Below, piece by piece: positions 1 through 12,837 of a stretch of 64,000 nt of DNA. The stretch is from the NCBI GenBank assembly GCA_904063045.1, contig CAJFCJ010000007.1, positions 3,789,404-3,853,403 of the forward strand. The letters run 5' to 3'. The position numbers were made by a program, and so were the translations under genes. Below the pieces are notes generated by a model. It ran no database searches, had not been told where the DNA came from, and was given only the letters and a program-made list of their open reading frames with translations. Every line of letters begins with the position of its first letter. The first letter of the stretch is position 1. The DNA comes from Dimorphilus gyrociliatus (taxonomy: Eukaryota > Animalia > Annelida).

Positions 1-843
1 TTTCCACTTAATTGCTAAATAGTCCATCGAATATTCTATAAAAAGAAGCTATTTAATAATAATCAAATTTTGTTATATATATCTATATATATAGCATATT
101 TATATATACTGCTGATGTATATATAGACATAAAATATATATAAATATATATTTTACTATTTTTAGATCACAATAAAAATCTCTTCCGAGGGGGTTGTTAT
201 GTAATTTATTGCATAATAAATCTAAAAGCAATTAATTAAAGTACGTGTATTTGGATCGTTTTGAAGTTCACTTTGCTTTTTTTAAATCGTAAATGTTTTA
301 GTAAATAGAAATGAAATATAGGTAAATCTGTGGGTATTAATTGTATCTCGTGACAATCATAATATGGGGTAATGCAAAAATACATCAAAAGATGGCACTG
401 TTAAATTGTTACCTTACAAGAAAATGCTATTATGGGAGCTTGCTTAGCGCGCTTTTTATTGGATGTCTATCTGTCTGTCTGTTTTTTTTTACATGTGCAT
501 ATAAATACAATATATACATATACAAGTATACATATAGTATACTTTATACATAGATTACACATTAACCGATATCGTACAACTAACCTATTTCTTAGGAAAA
601 GACAAGGACTTGTCTTAACTGTAAATTTAACATAAAAAAAATGAAATTTTAGATGTGTTTGATCAGCTGCCAAATGTAAGTACATTCTGATTTTAAAATC
701 TATAGAATTTGACCATAATTTATTATAAATAACATAAAAAACGTTACATATTTTTGATCTACGGAGGTTAACTACAATCTTTATATTTCCTCTTTTTTTT
801 TGATCATAATAAACAGACAGTAAATAGTATAAAATATTCAATA

Positions 844-853
844 CAGATGGCGC
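844..853 (+). promoter_or_regulatory. CTCF-like core motif CAGATGGCGC
   Basis: Exact match to YAGRKGGCRS, ~360 nt beyond the EME1 stop. Confidence 0.45.
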
Positions 854-1211
854 TTTAATTTTTCCTATTGTATTCATTTACCTTGCCCACTTCAAGGCCA
901 TTGAACTAATAAAAAACTGGAAAACTGTTCGATGACGTTTAAAAACCATTACATGACCTTAATACAACGCATGTTGGGAATTTCGAGAAAAAAAATTAAG
1001 GGTTATCTATATTTAGAGATATCTATGTCGTCAATGATAATAATTTGCGTAGGACGAGGCCTATCTGTAAATAATTTATTCCCTTATGTTAAGGAAACGT
1101 CACGCAATAATTCATAGGACCTTGGCGAGCCTTATTCAATATATTATAATGATAAAAAATAGAAAATAAGAATAATCATTAAACTAAGTAACTTACCTGA
1201 AAATAATAAAT

Positions 1212-2547
1212 CTATTGGACTATAATATTATCCGATTGAGATGTTATAAACGTATGCAGTTTTTTAGATAGCTCCTTTCCAACTTTTCGACTCGTAGATA
1301 CTAAGCCAGCTCCCCTTCTCACTTCGATATTTTGCAATAAATGCTGCGCCTCAGTAATAGGTACGCGTTCATATGCCTGATTACATTAATTAAGTGCAAC
1401 CAGATTATACGGATTAGTAGCGAGCAAAAAACAAAAAATTACCTGTAGTAGATTGGATGGCGTTGGATAGTGTGAGACTATGGCGTTGGCTACGTCCGTA
1501 CTGACGTTTTTAAACTGTTGCAATTGATTCTTCCAAATGTGAGAAACTCCAGAGCCGTCATCGGCTACGCGTAAGCTTCCGCTACTCTCTGCATGAAATG
1601 AAAAGTTAGACTCCATCCGTTGCTTTCTATAAATTAAAAAAAATATATCTTAGCAAGTATTGAGTTTAAACAAATCTAGTGTTTACTTAAAAGGGTACTC
1701 AGCGATGGCTTTTGCATAATGAGCTATTGCTGTTGCAATATCGGCGTCTTTTTCGAAAAACCGAAATATAACGTTAAATTTTATTTGAATTTCGATTAAA
1801 GCTTGATCGATTTCGTTTTTGGTTACTTGAAATGTTGAATTATACTCATTTTTTCGATTTCCTTGACACTTGGCTTTATAAGCTTTGTTTTCTTTTCGAC
1901 GTTGATCTCTATAAATAGAACAAAATAATTGAGGGCGTGTTTACGAGGCTTTTGTATCTATTTATAAACCTGTAATGATCGTCTAAGCCTTTTACAAATA
2001 CTGTTAGCTGTCGATGACGAGTTATTTCGTTTAGATACAATATTCTGCGACTTAAATTACATTGTGGGGAGCCTTCTATGGGTTTATTATTGGCACTAAC
2101 GCAATTTAAAAATTCTTCTAGACTCATTAAGTATAGTGCATTTTTTTCCAACTGTTCGCTTAGATCTGTATCCAATTTCCCATCTATTTGTTTTAGACTC
2201 GATATTTGACGTACGAATGTAATTAAGCCTGCTATCGGTTGCTCCTGAATGTCGTACTTAATCGATTGTTTTGTCAAAGAATCAAGAATTCCAGGACCGT
2301 ATGATAATTTAATGACTGATGGCTCAATTAAAGCTGTTAGCAATTTCTGGCATTCTCCAGGCTTTGTCTGTTTCCTTACTTCTCTTTCATACTGTCTCTT
2401 TAGTTGGTCTTGTTGTTTTTTTAATTTTTTCTCTTCTCTTTCTTTTTTTTTCGCTTCTTTGACTGTATCTAATTTGTATTTCCTATTCCTATCATTCTCC
2501 AACGAATCATTATCCATATAAATATTTTTCTCGTCTAATACGGACAT
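1212..2547 (-). CDS. EME1: Crossover junction endonuclease regulatory subunit EME1/Mms4, multi-exon
   Basis: ORF 1909-2547 has a basic coiled coil then KPGECQK. ORF 1386-1616 gives SGSLRV..DGSG...WKNQLQQFKNVSTDVANAIVSHYPTP. Hand-spliced last exon AYERVPITEAQHLLQNIEVRRGAG..STSRKVGKELSKKLHTF ends at TAG 1214-1212. These match remembered EME1 C-terminal motifs. Confidence 0.85.
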
Positions 2548-2847
2548 TTTTGAAACTTTTACCCGGTAAATAGTTTTAAAACGGAAGTTGTTCTACTGAT
2601 CTGGTTTTAAATCCTCTTCCGGTAACACTATAAATAGGAGGGGGGAATATGTATGCGGTCTATGCCTAGCAATATCTTCCTGTCTGCTAATATTTATAAA
2701 ATTAACTGATTATTTCGCTGATATCATCAATTTTCAATTATTTACGGCTGATATTTGAAATTGGATAAAAAATTTCATAATTCCATGTTATCATCAAAAA
2801 CTAACAATTAGTATTTATTTATCCGAGATCGTGATCTATCAAAAATA

Positions 2848-4892
2848 ATGTCCAAGTATCAGTTAAAATCCTTAGAAGACGGCAAAATTTTCGATCTACC
2901 GTCGTCAGAAATAATTATTGGACGTGGAGCTTTCTTAGAGGTGCAAATAGATAACACTCTATAATTTTAATAGAGTAAATTCCCTAATTACGTTTACTTC
3001 CAGGTATCAAACAAGAAAGTATCTAGGAGTCATGCATCATTTGTCGTCAAGGACGATAAATTAATTCTTAAGGCCGTTTGTATTATTTTTTTAAATCATG
3101 TTTAGCAATGATTAAAAAGATAAGTTTTTCTTATAGTTGCATGCAAATCCCTGCTTTATTCGACCAAATGGGGCTAAGTCGAAACAAAAAACCTTGAAAA
3201 AGGATCAGACAGAGATTCTCCACCAATCTGATGTCGTATGCTTATTACCCAACGACGAATTGATGTATGAGGTGGTTCACATTAAGCCGGAAAAAGACAG
3301 TCAAGGTTATTTTAAGTAAATTTATACATAATTTCACCTTAACATATGGTAGCTGACATAAGTTGATTTAAGTAGTTTCTGCAATCAGCAATCTATTTAT
3401 ATTTCCAAGAATAAGCTGTGTTAATGAATATTTTACTTTAATTAGGGCTTAAATGAATTTTATTGACGTTAGTTAAAAAAAACCTCTAGAAACGCAAGAG
3501 GAAAGTCCACCCACACCTACAGAAGAATTTTTAAACGAAATTAGAAATGATGAAGTTGAGAAAGAAAAGCGTGACCTACTTCCTAGTAAAGTTGTAAAAG
3601 AGAAAAAAATAGAAGAAGATTTGCCTCTTCCAGTAGATAGAAAGAGAAAATTACCTAAATGGATGATGAACACATCTACAATCTCAACTGCAACAGTAAC
3701 ATCTCCTTCAAAGATTCCCACTCCCAGAGTTGGTTAGTAAAATATTTTTTTCTATTTATAATTGATAAGAGTAACATGGATAAAATTCTCATAATCTTAC
3801 AGCCGACAATGCTAATGGTTCACCTGTGAAGAAAACACGAATTAACCTTTCTGATGGAAAGGAAAAAACACCTGTAAAAGTTGAAAAGAAAAAAGTAAGG
3901 ATATTATTTGATTTTTTGATAATAATTAAATTTATTTCATATAAATGAACGGCCGCAGAGAATGAAACGAATAAGTATATCAGACGAAGAGGAAGAAAAG
4001 CAAGTAAAAATAGAGAAAAAAGTCCCTAAAAGAAACGTTGTAATATTATTTAATTAGATAAATTGTTAACTTCTAATATCATTTGTATGATTACGATCTA
4101 TTTCTAGAAAAAAAAAAGAATCAGCATTTCAGATGAGGAAGACGATGAGGATATTGATAATGACGATGATGATGAAGAGGACGAAGTCATTCCAAAGAAA
4201 GTAATAATAGAAAGAAAGAGAAAGGGATTATTATTAAAATTTCGTGATTTTTTATCTAGAGAACTAGAACAAGAAATACTAGAAAGGCAAAAACTGTAAG
4301 TATCTCGGATGAAGATAATGACGTCGATGATGATGATGAAGGAGAAAAAGATGAAATTGTGGATAAAAAGAAAAAAGAAAAAAACAATAAAAGAAAGAAA
4401 TGTAGATTTGGCAAGAAATGTTACAGGTATCGTAAAACTAATTACAATTAAATTAAATTTGATCTAAGCAAGTTATGCTAAAAACAGAAAAAACCCTACG
4501 CACTTCAAAGAGTTCTGCCATCCGGGAGATGAAACTTTTGATGAAAAAGAGGAAGAGCTCGATGAAGAAACGCTGCTTCGAAAGATCAGGCAACGAAATG
4601 CCAAAAAAAGTAAAAATAGGAAGTTATTAATGTTAATAGAAAGTTTTAATTTTGGAATTTTTCTTTAGAAACTAAGACTGTTCTGGCTGGCGAGTCGGAT
4701 GATAGTGATCTTCCCAATACATATGATTATAATGATAGTTTTATAAATGATGACGGTTCGTCAGTGGACTACGATGATTCATCGAGCTACGGTGGAAGTG
4801 ATGATGACGATTGGGATCCAGATGATGGAAATGATGATATAGGGGAACTAGTCGGTGATGCGAAGAAATATCTCAGAAATCGTAAATTATAA
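2848..4892 (+). CDS. APLF: Aprataxin and PNK-like factor (FHA, Ku-binding motif, PBZ zinc finger, acidic tail), multi-exon
   Basis: N-terminal FHA (IIIGRGAFLE|VSNKKVSRSHA...LHANPCF). Ku-binding motif RKRKLPKWMM at 3639-3668. PBZ C-x5-C-x6-H-x5-H (CRFGKKCYR|KNPTHFKEFCHP). Acidic C-terminus DLPNTYDYNDSFINDD...ELVGDAKKYLRNRKL*. Confidence 0.85.
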
Positions 4893-5337
4893 ATGCTCTT
4901 TCGTTTTTGTTACAAAAAAAGTGGTTTAGAATTATTCATTTTCACTCATTTAATGACCTGATCTCATTTCAAGATAGATATATAGATAGACAGATATAGA
5001 GAAAGCTAACAACAGAGGGAGATTGAGAGAGAGAGAAAGAGAGAGCGAGAGAGCGAGAAAACTAGAGACTATAGTCCATTTACCTAATGAACAGATAAAA
5101 ACAGAGGAAAGTAAATAGTATGGATGGTCTATTTTGAGTTATATTCGATTTTATATATCTTGTGTTTTGTTCTTTTTGAAGTCTTTACATTAATATTAAA
5201 AGGTGTATTCACTCACAAAAAATTACCACATATATAAGAAAAAATAGAAAACCAAAGTATTTGATTTTCAACACTGAGTATAAGTTCCTTCAGATCGTTA
5301 CGTATACCTTACTAGTATAATGACTATTATCTTTTCT

Positions 5338-8069
5338 TCAAGCTTTAATTTCCGAGTTAGATACTCGGGGACTTCTACCTCTCTTTTTGCACAATCCATT
5401 AAGTGTTATCATTATGGTTGGTAGGAAAAGTAGTCCATGTAATAAACCGAATAGCATAACTAAAAGCATTGTTTTAAAAAACACTCGGAATATATAGACA
5501 TTTGTTGCTGCCATTCCCATGAGTCCTAAGATTGTAGAAAGACCCCCAAGCAGAACTGGAAAAGCAATTTTTTCAAATGCGTGTTGCATCTTCTCCAAAT
5601 TTGTTTCTCCTGACGATTTCACAAAAGCGTATGAGGTATGAGCCGTAAAATCAACCGAAAATCCTATGCACATAACCAGGTTAATCATCGATATTGTGTC
5701 AATATTCACAGACCAAAATGCCATGAAACCAATAACTCCAGCACAAATCGATGCAATAGAAAGGGTAACCCATATAATTGTGAATACATCGGGAATTAGT
5801 ACTAAGGAAATTACAAGCATGGTCGCGGTTGCTATACCAATGTTCTGCAGGGTGTTAGGTAGTACAGCTACATATTGTTCTATAATTGGATATAAAGCGG
5901 CAAAAGAGAACATTTTCAGTTTGGCATTTTCAGTTATTTTTCTGGCATCTTTCATTAATTCAACTTGAGTAGTGCTTGGCCCAGAGTCTTTGGTTGTAAC
6001 CCAAAATCTTGAAGCGAGTATTCTTTTGTTGCTAAATGCAATATCTAAATTATAAGCTCGGTAGGCTGGTTGGTTTAAAAATTGATTCTTCAACACATTA
6101 TATAATGCGTCTTGTGAATTTATGACAATATTATGCTTAGTTTTAAATCGTTCAAAATCAAGTAGCCAATCATTTCCTAAATATTCATCATGAACATTTT
6201 CTAAATTCTTCAGATTCTGTCTTACGTTATTTATTTCCTTAATATTATTCAAATTCAAGTAGTCAATTTCCTCTTCTATGGCTATACTTACACTATAGAA
6301 ATACTTTTTAAAGTATCGATTTTGTTCTGCGTAATACGAAATAACGTATGAATTATCTGGGGCTAATCTAGATAGTTCCATTCCAAGATCCACTCTTGTA
6401 CACCCGTAAATTGTTCCTCCCAGGTAGGCTATATATAGAATTAATGTATTGATTCGTACAAAGGGATGGTTAATGAATGGCGCAAATTTAGTCTTAAAAA
6501 ACTCAGAGGCAAAATGAGGTTTGTTGTCAATTGCAAACTTTTCATTATTGTCGATCTGAGAATCCCTCTCAGCTTGCGATATTCCTCCCTTACAAAATAT
6601 ACTATAGGATGTTGATTTTTCCTGTTCAATGCATTCAGATTTAGATAGTACTGGACGTAGCGTTAGGAAGTGCCCATTTTTTTCCTCCCGTCTACCTTCA
6701 TACACCATAAAACCAGCAAAAAAGGTTATCTGATATATAAAGTCAAATAAAAGGACAACTGCTAAATAGCCGCAGAAGATTTGAACACTTCTAAACGAAC
6801 TTATTGTTCCAATTGTTATGGCAAGAACGTCAGTCAGAGTCTGCGAAAATAGTAAATTAGCGTCTGAGCTTATAGTAGTAGAGTTTACCGTTATTGTAAT
6901 AGATACGCCTCCTTCTTCGAATGTAGATTTTAGTCTTTCGCTGGTACTTTTTTTCTGATCTGTTGTTCTCCAGGCAGCAATTAAAACAAACATATCATCG
7001 CAACCAATACCTGAGATAAATATATCTCAAATAGTGGATTTTATAAAGATAACGTATATATCTTACTTATAGCTAAGAAAGGGCAAGTTAAAACAAGATC
7101 GATAAATTTAACTCCAATCCAACACATCAGACCAAAGCCAGTTACAATAGCAAGACCAGACGAAGCAACGCCGGCGAGGGCTAAGAATGGCTTACTCCTA
7201 ACTGAATCACCGTACCATATTTGTGTTATAATCGAGAAACTTATAAGTAAAGTAAAAAGAATTGAAAATTTGCTGACTACAGCAGTGGCCGATCTACTTA
7301 GTTCATCTTCAATTGTATTCGATGTAACTTTGTGTAAAATTAAATCAGGATGATTTATTCCGTCAACGTTATCTAGGAAACTCGCTAACCAGGCGTCACA
7401 ATTACAATCTTCAGAATTAGATACGAAAAATCTCAACTCAATAGCTTCTATTTTTGTAATTTGTCTATTGTTGTTTGTTGTTACTCCACCTATTTCTGGT
7501 GAAAGGTTGATATTGACAGAGTCGTTGCCTCCGCCTATATCTAATTCGTAAATTGGATAGGTTATAGGAAATTTATTGACATTAGAGGAATCATCGTCAA
7601 GAATAGCAGTTAAAAATGAGTTTTGCATGCAGTCTCCATTCCTTTCTTCACAAACATCATCATAACTAGTCTTACCATCTTTGGTTTTGAAGGCTCTAAC
7701 TTGCTTATTGATTTTCATAATGTATTCAATGTTTTGTCTAGTATACAGATTGTCTCTGTTTTTATGATTTATTATTAACCCTGCATAGCTGCCCAAATAT
7801 GTTGCTCGTAATGAATCATAAACGCTGTCTGCTTGTGGAAACAATTTCCCTATCTTGTCTCTTTCCGTTTTGGCTAAACTGTTTTGAGGTGTATACAAAT
7901 ACTCGCTATCTGACTCCTTCTCAAGCCTATACAATCCAGCTCCGCAAATACCGGTGATAACAAGCGGTACCAAGATAAATGGCAGTGTGTAGTTGCTTAC
8001 CAAAACAGCATATTTTCTAAATAATTTTGATAAAGCTCTTTCAGCAATATCATGTCTACAGGTAGTCAT
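5338..8069 (-). CDS. PTCHD3: Patched domain-containing protein 3-like (RND/sterol-sensing domain), 2 coding exons, ~891 aa
   Basis: ORFs 7041-8069 and 5338-6993 join through a 56-nt GT-AG intron (7011-7066), giving FLAI-S-IGCDDMFVLIAAW. Second motif MCIGFSVDFTAH. The joined CDS is 2676 nt, in frame. Confidence 0.88.
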
Positions 8070-9576
8070 TTTTCATAAATCTATAAGGGAAATACGAGGG
8101 CCTCTTAATAAGTATATTAATCATTAATTTTGCTAATATCCACTGATAAGAAAGAACAATAATTACTAGTAATAAATCTTCTGTCTTTAAAAATAACTAC
8201 AGTATATATAAATATAAAAAGCATGTTTAAAATCTATAAAATGATATTAAAATAAAAGCTTTCTAGGATTATTAGTAAAACCTCAAAATATACATTGGAA
8301 TAAGTCTTATATTTGCTATTGCATTAATTGTTTTTTCAATAAACCTTACAAAATCTATTTTGTAATTTATTCTAAAACATAGACTTCTTACCTTTTTTTA
8401 GGTTGGTTATTATTTCAAATAGTGCACCCTTTTTTATATAATGTTCATCTTTCAAATGACCAGATTATTCCAATACTTAGACGTTGTCACCTAGTAAACT
8501 AATTCAGTTTATTGATGAAAGCTGTCAGGTAAATAGTTTAGTAGGTGCGGGGTCGGTCGTGTATGTAGTTGAATATTTTTAAATGCTAGTGCCAGCTACT
8601 AATACCTCATAATATTATTTATACTACATAGAAACAAACTATTGATTATTGCTTGGGATTTTCTTTCTATTACAAATATGCATGTTATCGTATATATTTT
8701 TAGTTTTTGTGAAAGAATAGATCTTTCTCAAAAGTTGAATGATCTATATTTATATATTACTACGCGCAAATCAATCATTTTTTTCAACTTTACTAACAGG
8801 CTTTAAAAAAATCTGCGTTATGCTATTATTTTGCAATACAACGAAATATGCTTCGCCCTTAACTCGAACGATGTCCATATTTTAAATTTCATATATTTTA
8901 AAGTCACAAGTAAATGCTAAAGTGAAATCGAAATCAATCGCTTTTCATTAATTAAATTCAATGATAATCGTCTCACGAAAACTGTTCAAGAAAATTTTGT
9001 AAAGCATCGGAGTAAGATTTGTAATCTTGCTGGAGGTTCGGCAATTAGGGATATATATATATATATACTGTATATATGGTTTAGGAAAGAATGCAATACA
9101 AGTTTCTGAAAGATTTGAACGTGATTTGTAATAAAATTGTATTTTAATGTGTAAATTTAAAGTTTAATTTTTTGCAGTAATCAGCTCCGATCCACATCTT
9201 GAAAATTTACAATTTGCACAATATAATGCAAATGTGAATAATTGTAAAGATAATATTCTGCTAAATTACCTACTAATGTAATTACCCTCTGGGCCCCTAG
9301 GAACATTGATGATGAAAATTTCAAAACAATAAAGATTCCTCATACATCAGCAAATTGTATTATTGTACAAAAATAAAACTTATTCTTGTTTAACTTATTC
9401 ATTGTTTGTAATTTGTCTACTTATGAATAAATTGGTTGCTTAAGAAAATAATTATAATTGCAAATATTTTAATTGCTAGAGGGTACATTATAGCAATTAT
9501 ATTCATTAAGTATTGGCGCTGTACAAAAAACAAAAACGTTTCTCCTGCGTTTTACGATGTCCTAAATATTCCTAAA

Positions 9577-11100
9577 ATGGCGGAATCCGTGAGTAAAGAA
9601 GAGTATTTAAAACGTTATTTAGCTGGTGGGCCTGATGATAAGAAAAAAAAAAGGAGAAAGAAAGTTGGGGTGAAAGAAGCGACAATGAAAATTGTGGATA
9701 ATACTCTTTCAGTGGATAAATTTGTTGGCAGAGAGGATGAACATGAAGACGAAGTAGTTGCGTTAGAAGAAACTCCTCAAATTGTTGCTGTAATAGATGA
9801 TCGTCCGGAAGACGTCAAGCTTGAAGAAAGAATAAAGAGTGGAAAATGGCGTCGATTAACTGATCAGGCTACTAATAGTTTTGTGAAAGTTGAACCAAAT
9901 CAAAGCCCAAAAATTAAAGAAGAACCAAGATCCCCATCCAATCAATTATCTTCAGATAACACCAGCTCAAATATAAGAATAAAGGAAGAACCAGTAACCC
10001 CTCCCAGACACACAGAAACTAGTTTAGGACAACGCAGAAGATCACAAAGTAATGATTCCAGCAAGAGAGTCAAGCGCACACGACGTGACAGTGACTCCGA
10101 TCAGTCTCTTCCAAGACGAAGATATGATTCTGATAGTGATAATTCACCTCGAGCAGCTCGAAAGAGGTATGATAGTGATAGTGATAACGATCAGTCTCCT
10201 CCAAGAAGAGGTAACAATAAAGATTTATCACCTGTCCGCTCTGGACGAAAAAGGCACGACAGTGATCAGTCTCCTCCACGACGAGGAAGAAACGAAGACT
10301 CATCGCATACCCGTTCTGAACGAAACAGATATGACAGCGATAGTGATCAATCCCCTGCTCGTAGGCGCAAAAGAAATAATGAAGATGACATATCGCCTCC
10401 TCGTTCAAAGAGGAAAAGAGATGTGAATGAGGACAGTGATAATTCTCCACCCCGAAGAAGAAATCAACAAACTAAAATGACAAAGACATTAGCAGGCACA
10501 AAAGCTGGTTTATCATCTGCAAAGGATGTACGAATGGAATTGGATGATCTTCGAAAGCGAGAAACTGCAGCATTCAATGTTGCTGATGAAAATATTTTAG
10601 GAAAAAATGCAAAAACAGTATTCAGGGATAAAGAGGGAAAGAAACGAAATTTAGCAAAAGAAAATGAAAAAGACGACGCTAAGAAGAAGTTAGAAGAAGA
10701 ATTAAAGAAGAAATATTCTTTATGGAATAAGGGATTAGTGCAACAACAAAGACATGATAACAACATTAAAGATGCCATTCATGAATCGAAAAAAGAATTT
10801 GCAAGACATAAGAATGATGCAGATTTAGAAGAATACCTTAAATCACAAGACAGAGAGGGTGACCCAATGTTAAAGTTTATAAAAAAGAAGAAAGAAAAAA
10901 CACGTATAAAGAACAAAGAACCTGTTCGTCCAAAGTATAATGGTCCCCCACCTCCAATAAATCGTTTCGGCATACAACCTGGGTACAGATGGGATGGTCT
11001 TGATAGATCTAATGGATTTGAAAATGAATTATTCAATAAAGCAAATGCCAGGGAAGCCAACGAAGAGATAGGATATAGATGGGCAACTGAAGATATGTAA
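9577..11100 (+). CDS. BUD13: BUD13 homolog (RES complex splicing factor), intronless
   Basis: Starts MAESVSKEEYLKRYL (ATG 9577, codon 48 of the listed ORF). C-terminal PPPINRFGIQPGYRWDGLDRSNGFE...YRWATEDM is typical of Bud13. Confidence 0.95.
   Translation: MAESVSKEEYLKRYLAGGPDDKKKKRRKKVGVKEATMKIVDNTLSVDKFVGREDEHEDEVVALEETPQIVAVIDDRPEDVKLEERIKSGKWRRLTDQATNSFVKVEPNQSPKIKEEPRSPSNQLSSDNTSSNIRIKEEPVTPPRHTETSLGQRRRSQSNDSSKRVKRTRRDSDSDQSLPRRRYDSDSDNSPRAARKRYDSDSDNDQSPPRRGNNKDLSPVRSGRKRHDSDQSPPRRGRNEDSSHTRSERNRYDSDSDQSPARRRKRNNEDDISPPRSKRKRDVNEDSDNSPPRRRNQQTKMTKTLAGTKAGLSSAKDVRMELDDLRKRETAAFNVADENILGKNAKTVFRDKEGKKRNLAKENEKDDAKKKLEEELKKKYSLWNKGLVQQQRHDNNIKDAIHESKKEFARHKNDADLEEYLKSQDREGDPMLKFIKKKKEKTRIKNKEPVRPKYNGPPPPINRFGIQPGYRWDGLDRSNGFENELFNKANAREANEEIGYRWATEDM
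10081..10460 (+). repeat. Degenerate coding repeats R-[YH]-D-S-D-x-S-P-x-R-R inside BUD13
   Basis: About 7 units in the translation, e.g. RRDSDSDQSLPRRR, RYDSDSDNSPR, RHDSDQSPPRR. Such repeats are a known Bud13 feature. Confidence 0.85.
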
Positions 11101-11205
11101 ATTCATTTACTAATGAATGACAGATGAAATGATTAGAAATATAGAATTACTCTTACTGTTATTGTGTTTTAATACAACTTGGTAAATGTTGAGAATCTTT
11201 TTTCA

Positions 11206-11213
11206 TGACGTCA
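11206..11213. promoter_or_regulatory. Palindromic CRE (TGACGTCA) upstream of SLC35B4
   Basis: Perfect 8-mer 100 nt before the SLC35B4 ATG, next to TAGAGGGCGT (one mismatch from the CTCF core) at 11225. Confidence 0.4.
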
Positions 11214-11312
11214 ATATAACATTATAGAGGGCGTTGTAATACAGTTGAATACGTCGACTTAAATAGCATGTTCGACTTGTCCTAAAAGGTTTCAGATCAC
11301 TAACATTCAATC

Positions 11313-12587
11313 ATGTCTCCTCTTTGGGCAATTATATTTGTCTTTGTCGGATGCTGCAGCAACGTAGTTTTCCTGGAGTTGTTAGCAAGGTAAACATAAT
11401 ATGTAAACTTAATTCTACATTACTGTTATATCGCTCGGCATGCTTCAAATAGGGAAAAACCAGGCTGTGGAAATATTGTTACATTTGCGCAATTCTTTCT
11501 AATTTTCCTCGAAGGATTGATTTTTACATCAAAGTTTGGAACTGTGAAACCAGTTATACCCATAAAGTATGAGTCCTTTTTTTCTGTTTCAAAATTTTAC
11601 ATAATCTTTAAAATTTTACAGAGTTTATATAAAAATAGTTTCTTTGTTTGGAGTTGTTCAAATCGTTAATAATTTGGCGTTAAAGTATGATATACCAATG
11701 CCATTACATATGATATTTAGGGCTGTAAGTTTCAAGATACTTTTTGCAATCACTTTTTATTATTATAATCTATTTTAGGGTTCTTTATTAGCCAATATGA
11801 TTCTAGGAGTTTTGATTATGGGAAAATCGTACAAAATAGGCAAATATCTTTCAGTTCTCCTTATTACTGTTGGAATAGTTTTGTGCACTATAATGTCTGC
11901 TTCGAATATCCACGAAACTAAATCAGGCGACGTCTTTACAATGGGAATTGGTATTTGTCTCTTAATATTTGCATTGGCCATGTCAGCTCTTATGGGCTTG
12001 TACCAAGAGAAAATATATAAAACTCACGGAAAGCATCCACGAGAAGCTCTATTCTTTAATGTAAATAATTTACGATTATCTATTTCTATACGAATTAATA
12101 TAACCATCATTTTACAGCATGCTCTACCACTGCCGCTATTTCTTTTCTTCTATAATGATATAGTGTATCATTTTAAAGAATTTAGTGAATCAGGTAAACT
12201 TATAACATTCTTCTATCATTTATATAAGTAATATATAAGTTCTTATTAATTTTTTCTTTTATTACAGCACCTATAACGTTACCAGGTGTCAACTATGGAG
12301 TCCCTTGTTTATTGCTCTTCTTACTAGGAAACGCTGTTACGCAATATATTTGTATTAATAATGTTTTTGTATTAACTACTGAATGTTCATCTTTGACAGT
12401 CACTTTAGTTGTTACTCTGCGTAAATTTGTGTCTCTGATATTTTCCATTTTCTACTTTAAGAATCCTTTCACATTTTATCATTGGATTGGAACGGCCTGT
12501 GTTTTTTCTGGAACTCTAATTTTTACAGAAGCTTTCCCAATGATCTACAATAAGCTGAAATCGAGCAAAAAAGACAAGACCAATTAA
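11313..12587 (+). CDS. SLC35B4: UDP-xylose/UDP-GlcNAc transporter, multi-exon
   Basis: MSPLWAIIFVFVGCCSNVVFLELLA|...PGCGNIVTFAQF. Later GLYQEKIYKTHGKHPREALFF|HALPLP and VFVLTTECSSLTVTLVVTLRKFVSLIFSIFYFKNPFT. Ends KKDKTN*. Confidence 0.92.
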
Positions 12588-12837
12588 AACAGAAAGATAA
12601 TTGGACCTTCGCTATAAACTTTTGTGAAGTTGAACCTATATAATATAAAAAAAATTATGCACACTACAATGATCTTGTTAAGTCGTTCTATATAAAATAA
12701 ACTTTATTATACTGAAAAAATAAGTGTATATAAGCAACAGCTAAGTACCAAGTTGAAGAAACTGCTATCAAATTTATTAGTTGAACTCACATGACTATTT
12801 CGTAATTCTACCAGTTTATTTCAATTTCATCATAATC

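Noticed and set aside
300-1200. Several short ORFs (341-553, 432-635, 467-877, 932-1117), exon-like signals, a minus-strand IIIIDDID peptide, and a perfect CAG|GTAAGT donor 15 nt after the EME1 stop
   Set aside because: No consistent, phase-compatible gene model on either strand; predicted introns are too short or hit stops. It may be an EME1 3' UTR intron or the end of a gene outside the window.
10052-11060. Alternative-frame and antisense ORFs over BUD13 (10052-10426, 10070-10450, 10464-10778, 10779-11060)
   Set aside because: Shadow ORFs produced by the repetitive, purine-rich BUD13 coding sequence; no recognisable motifs.
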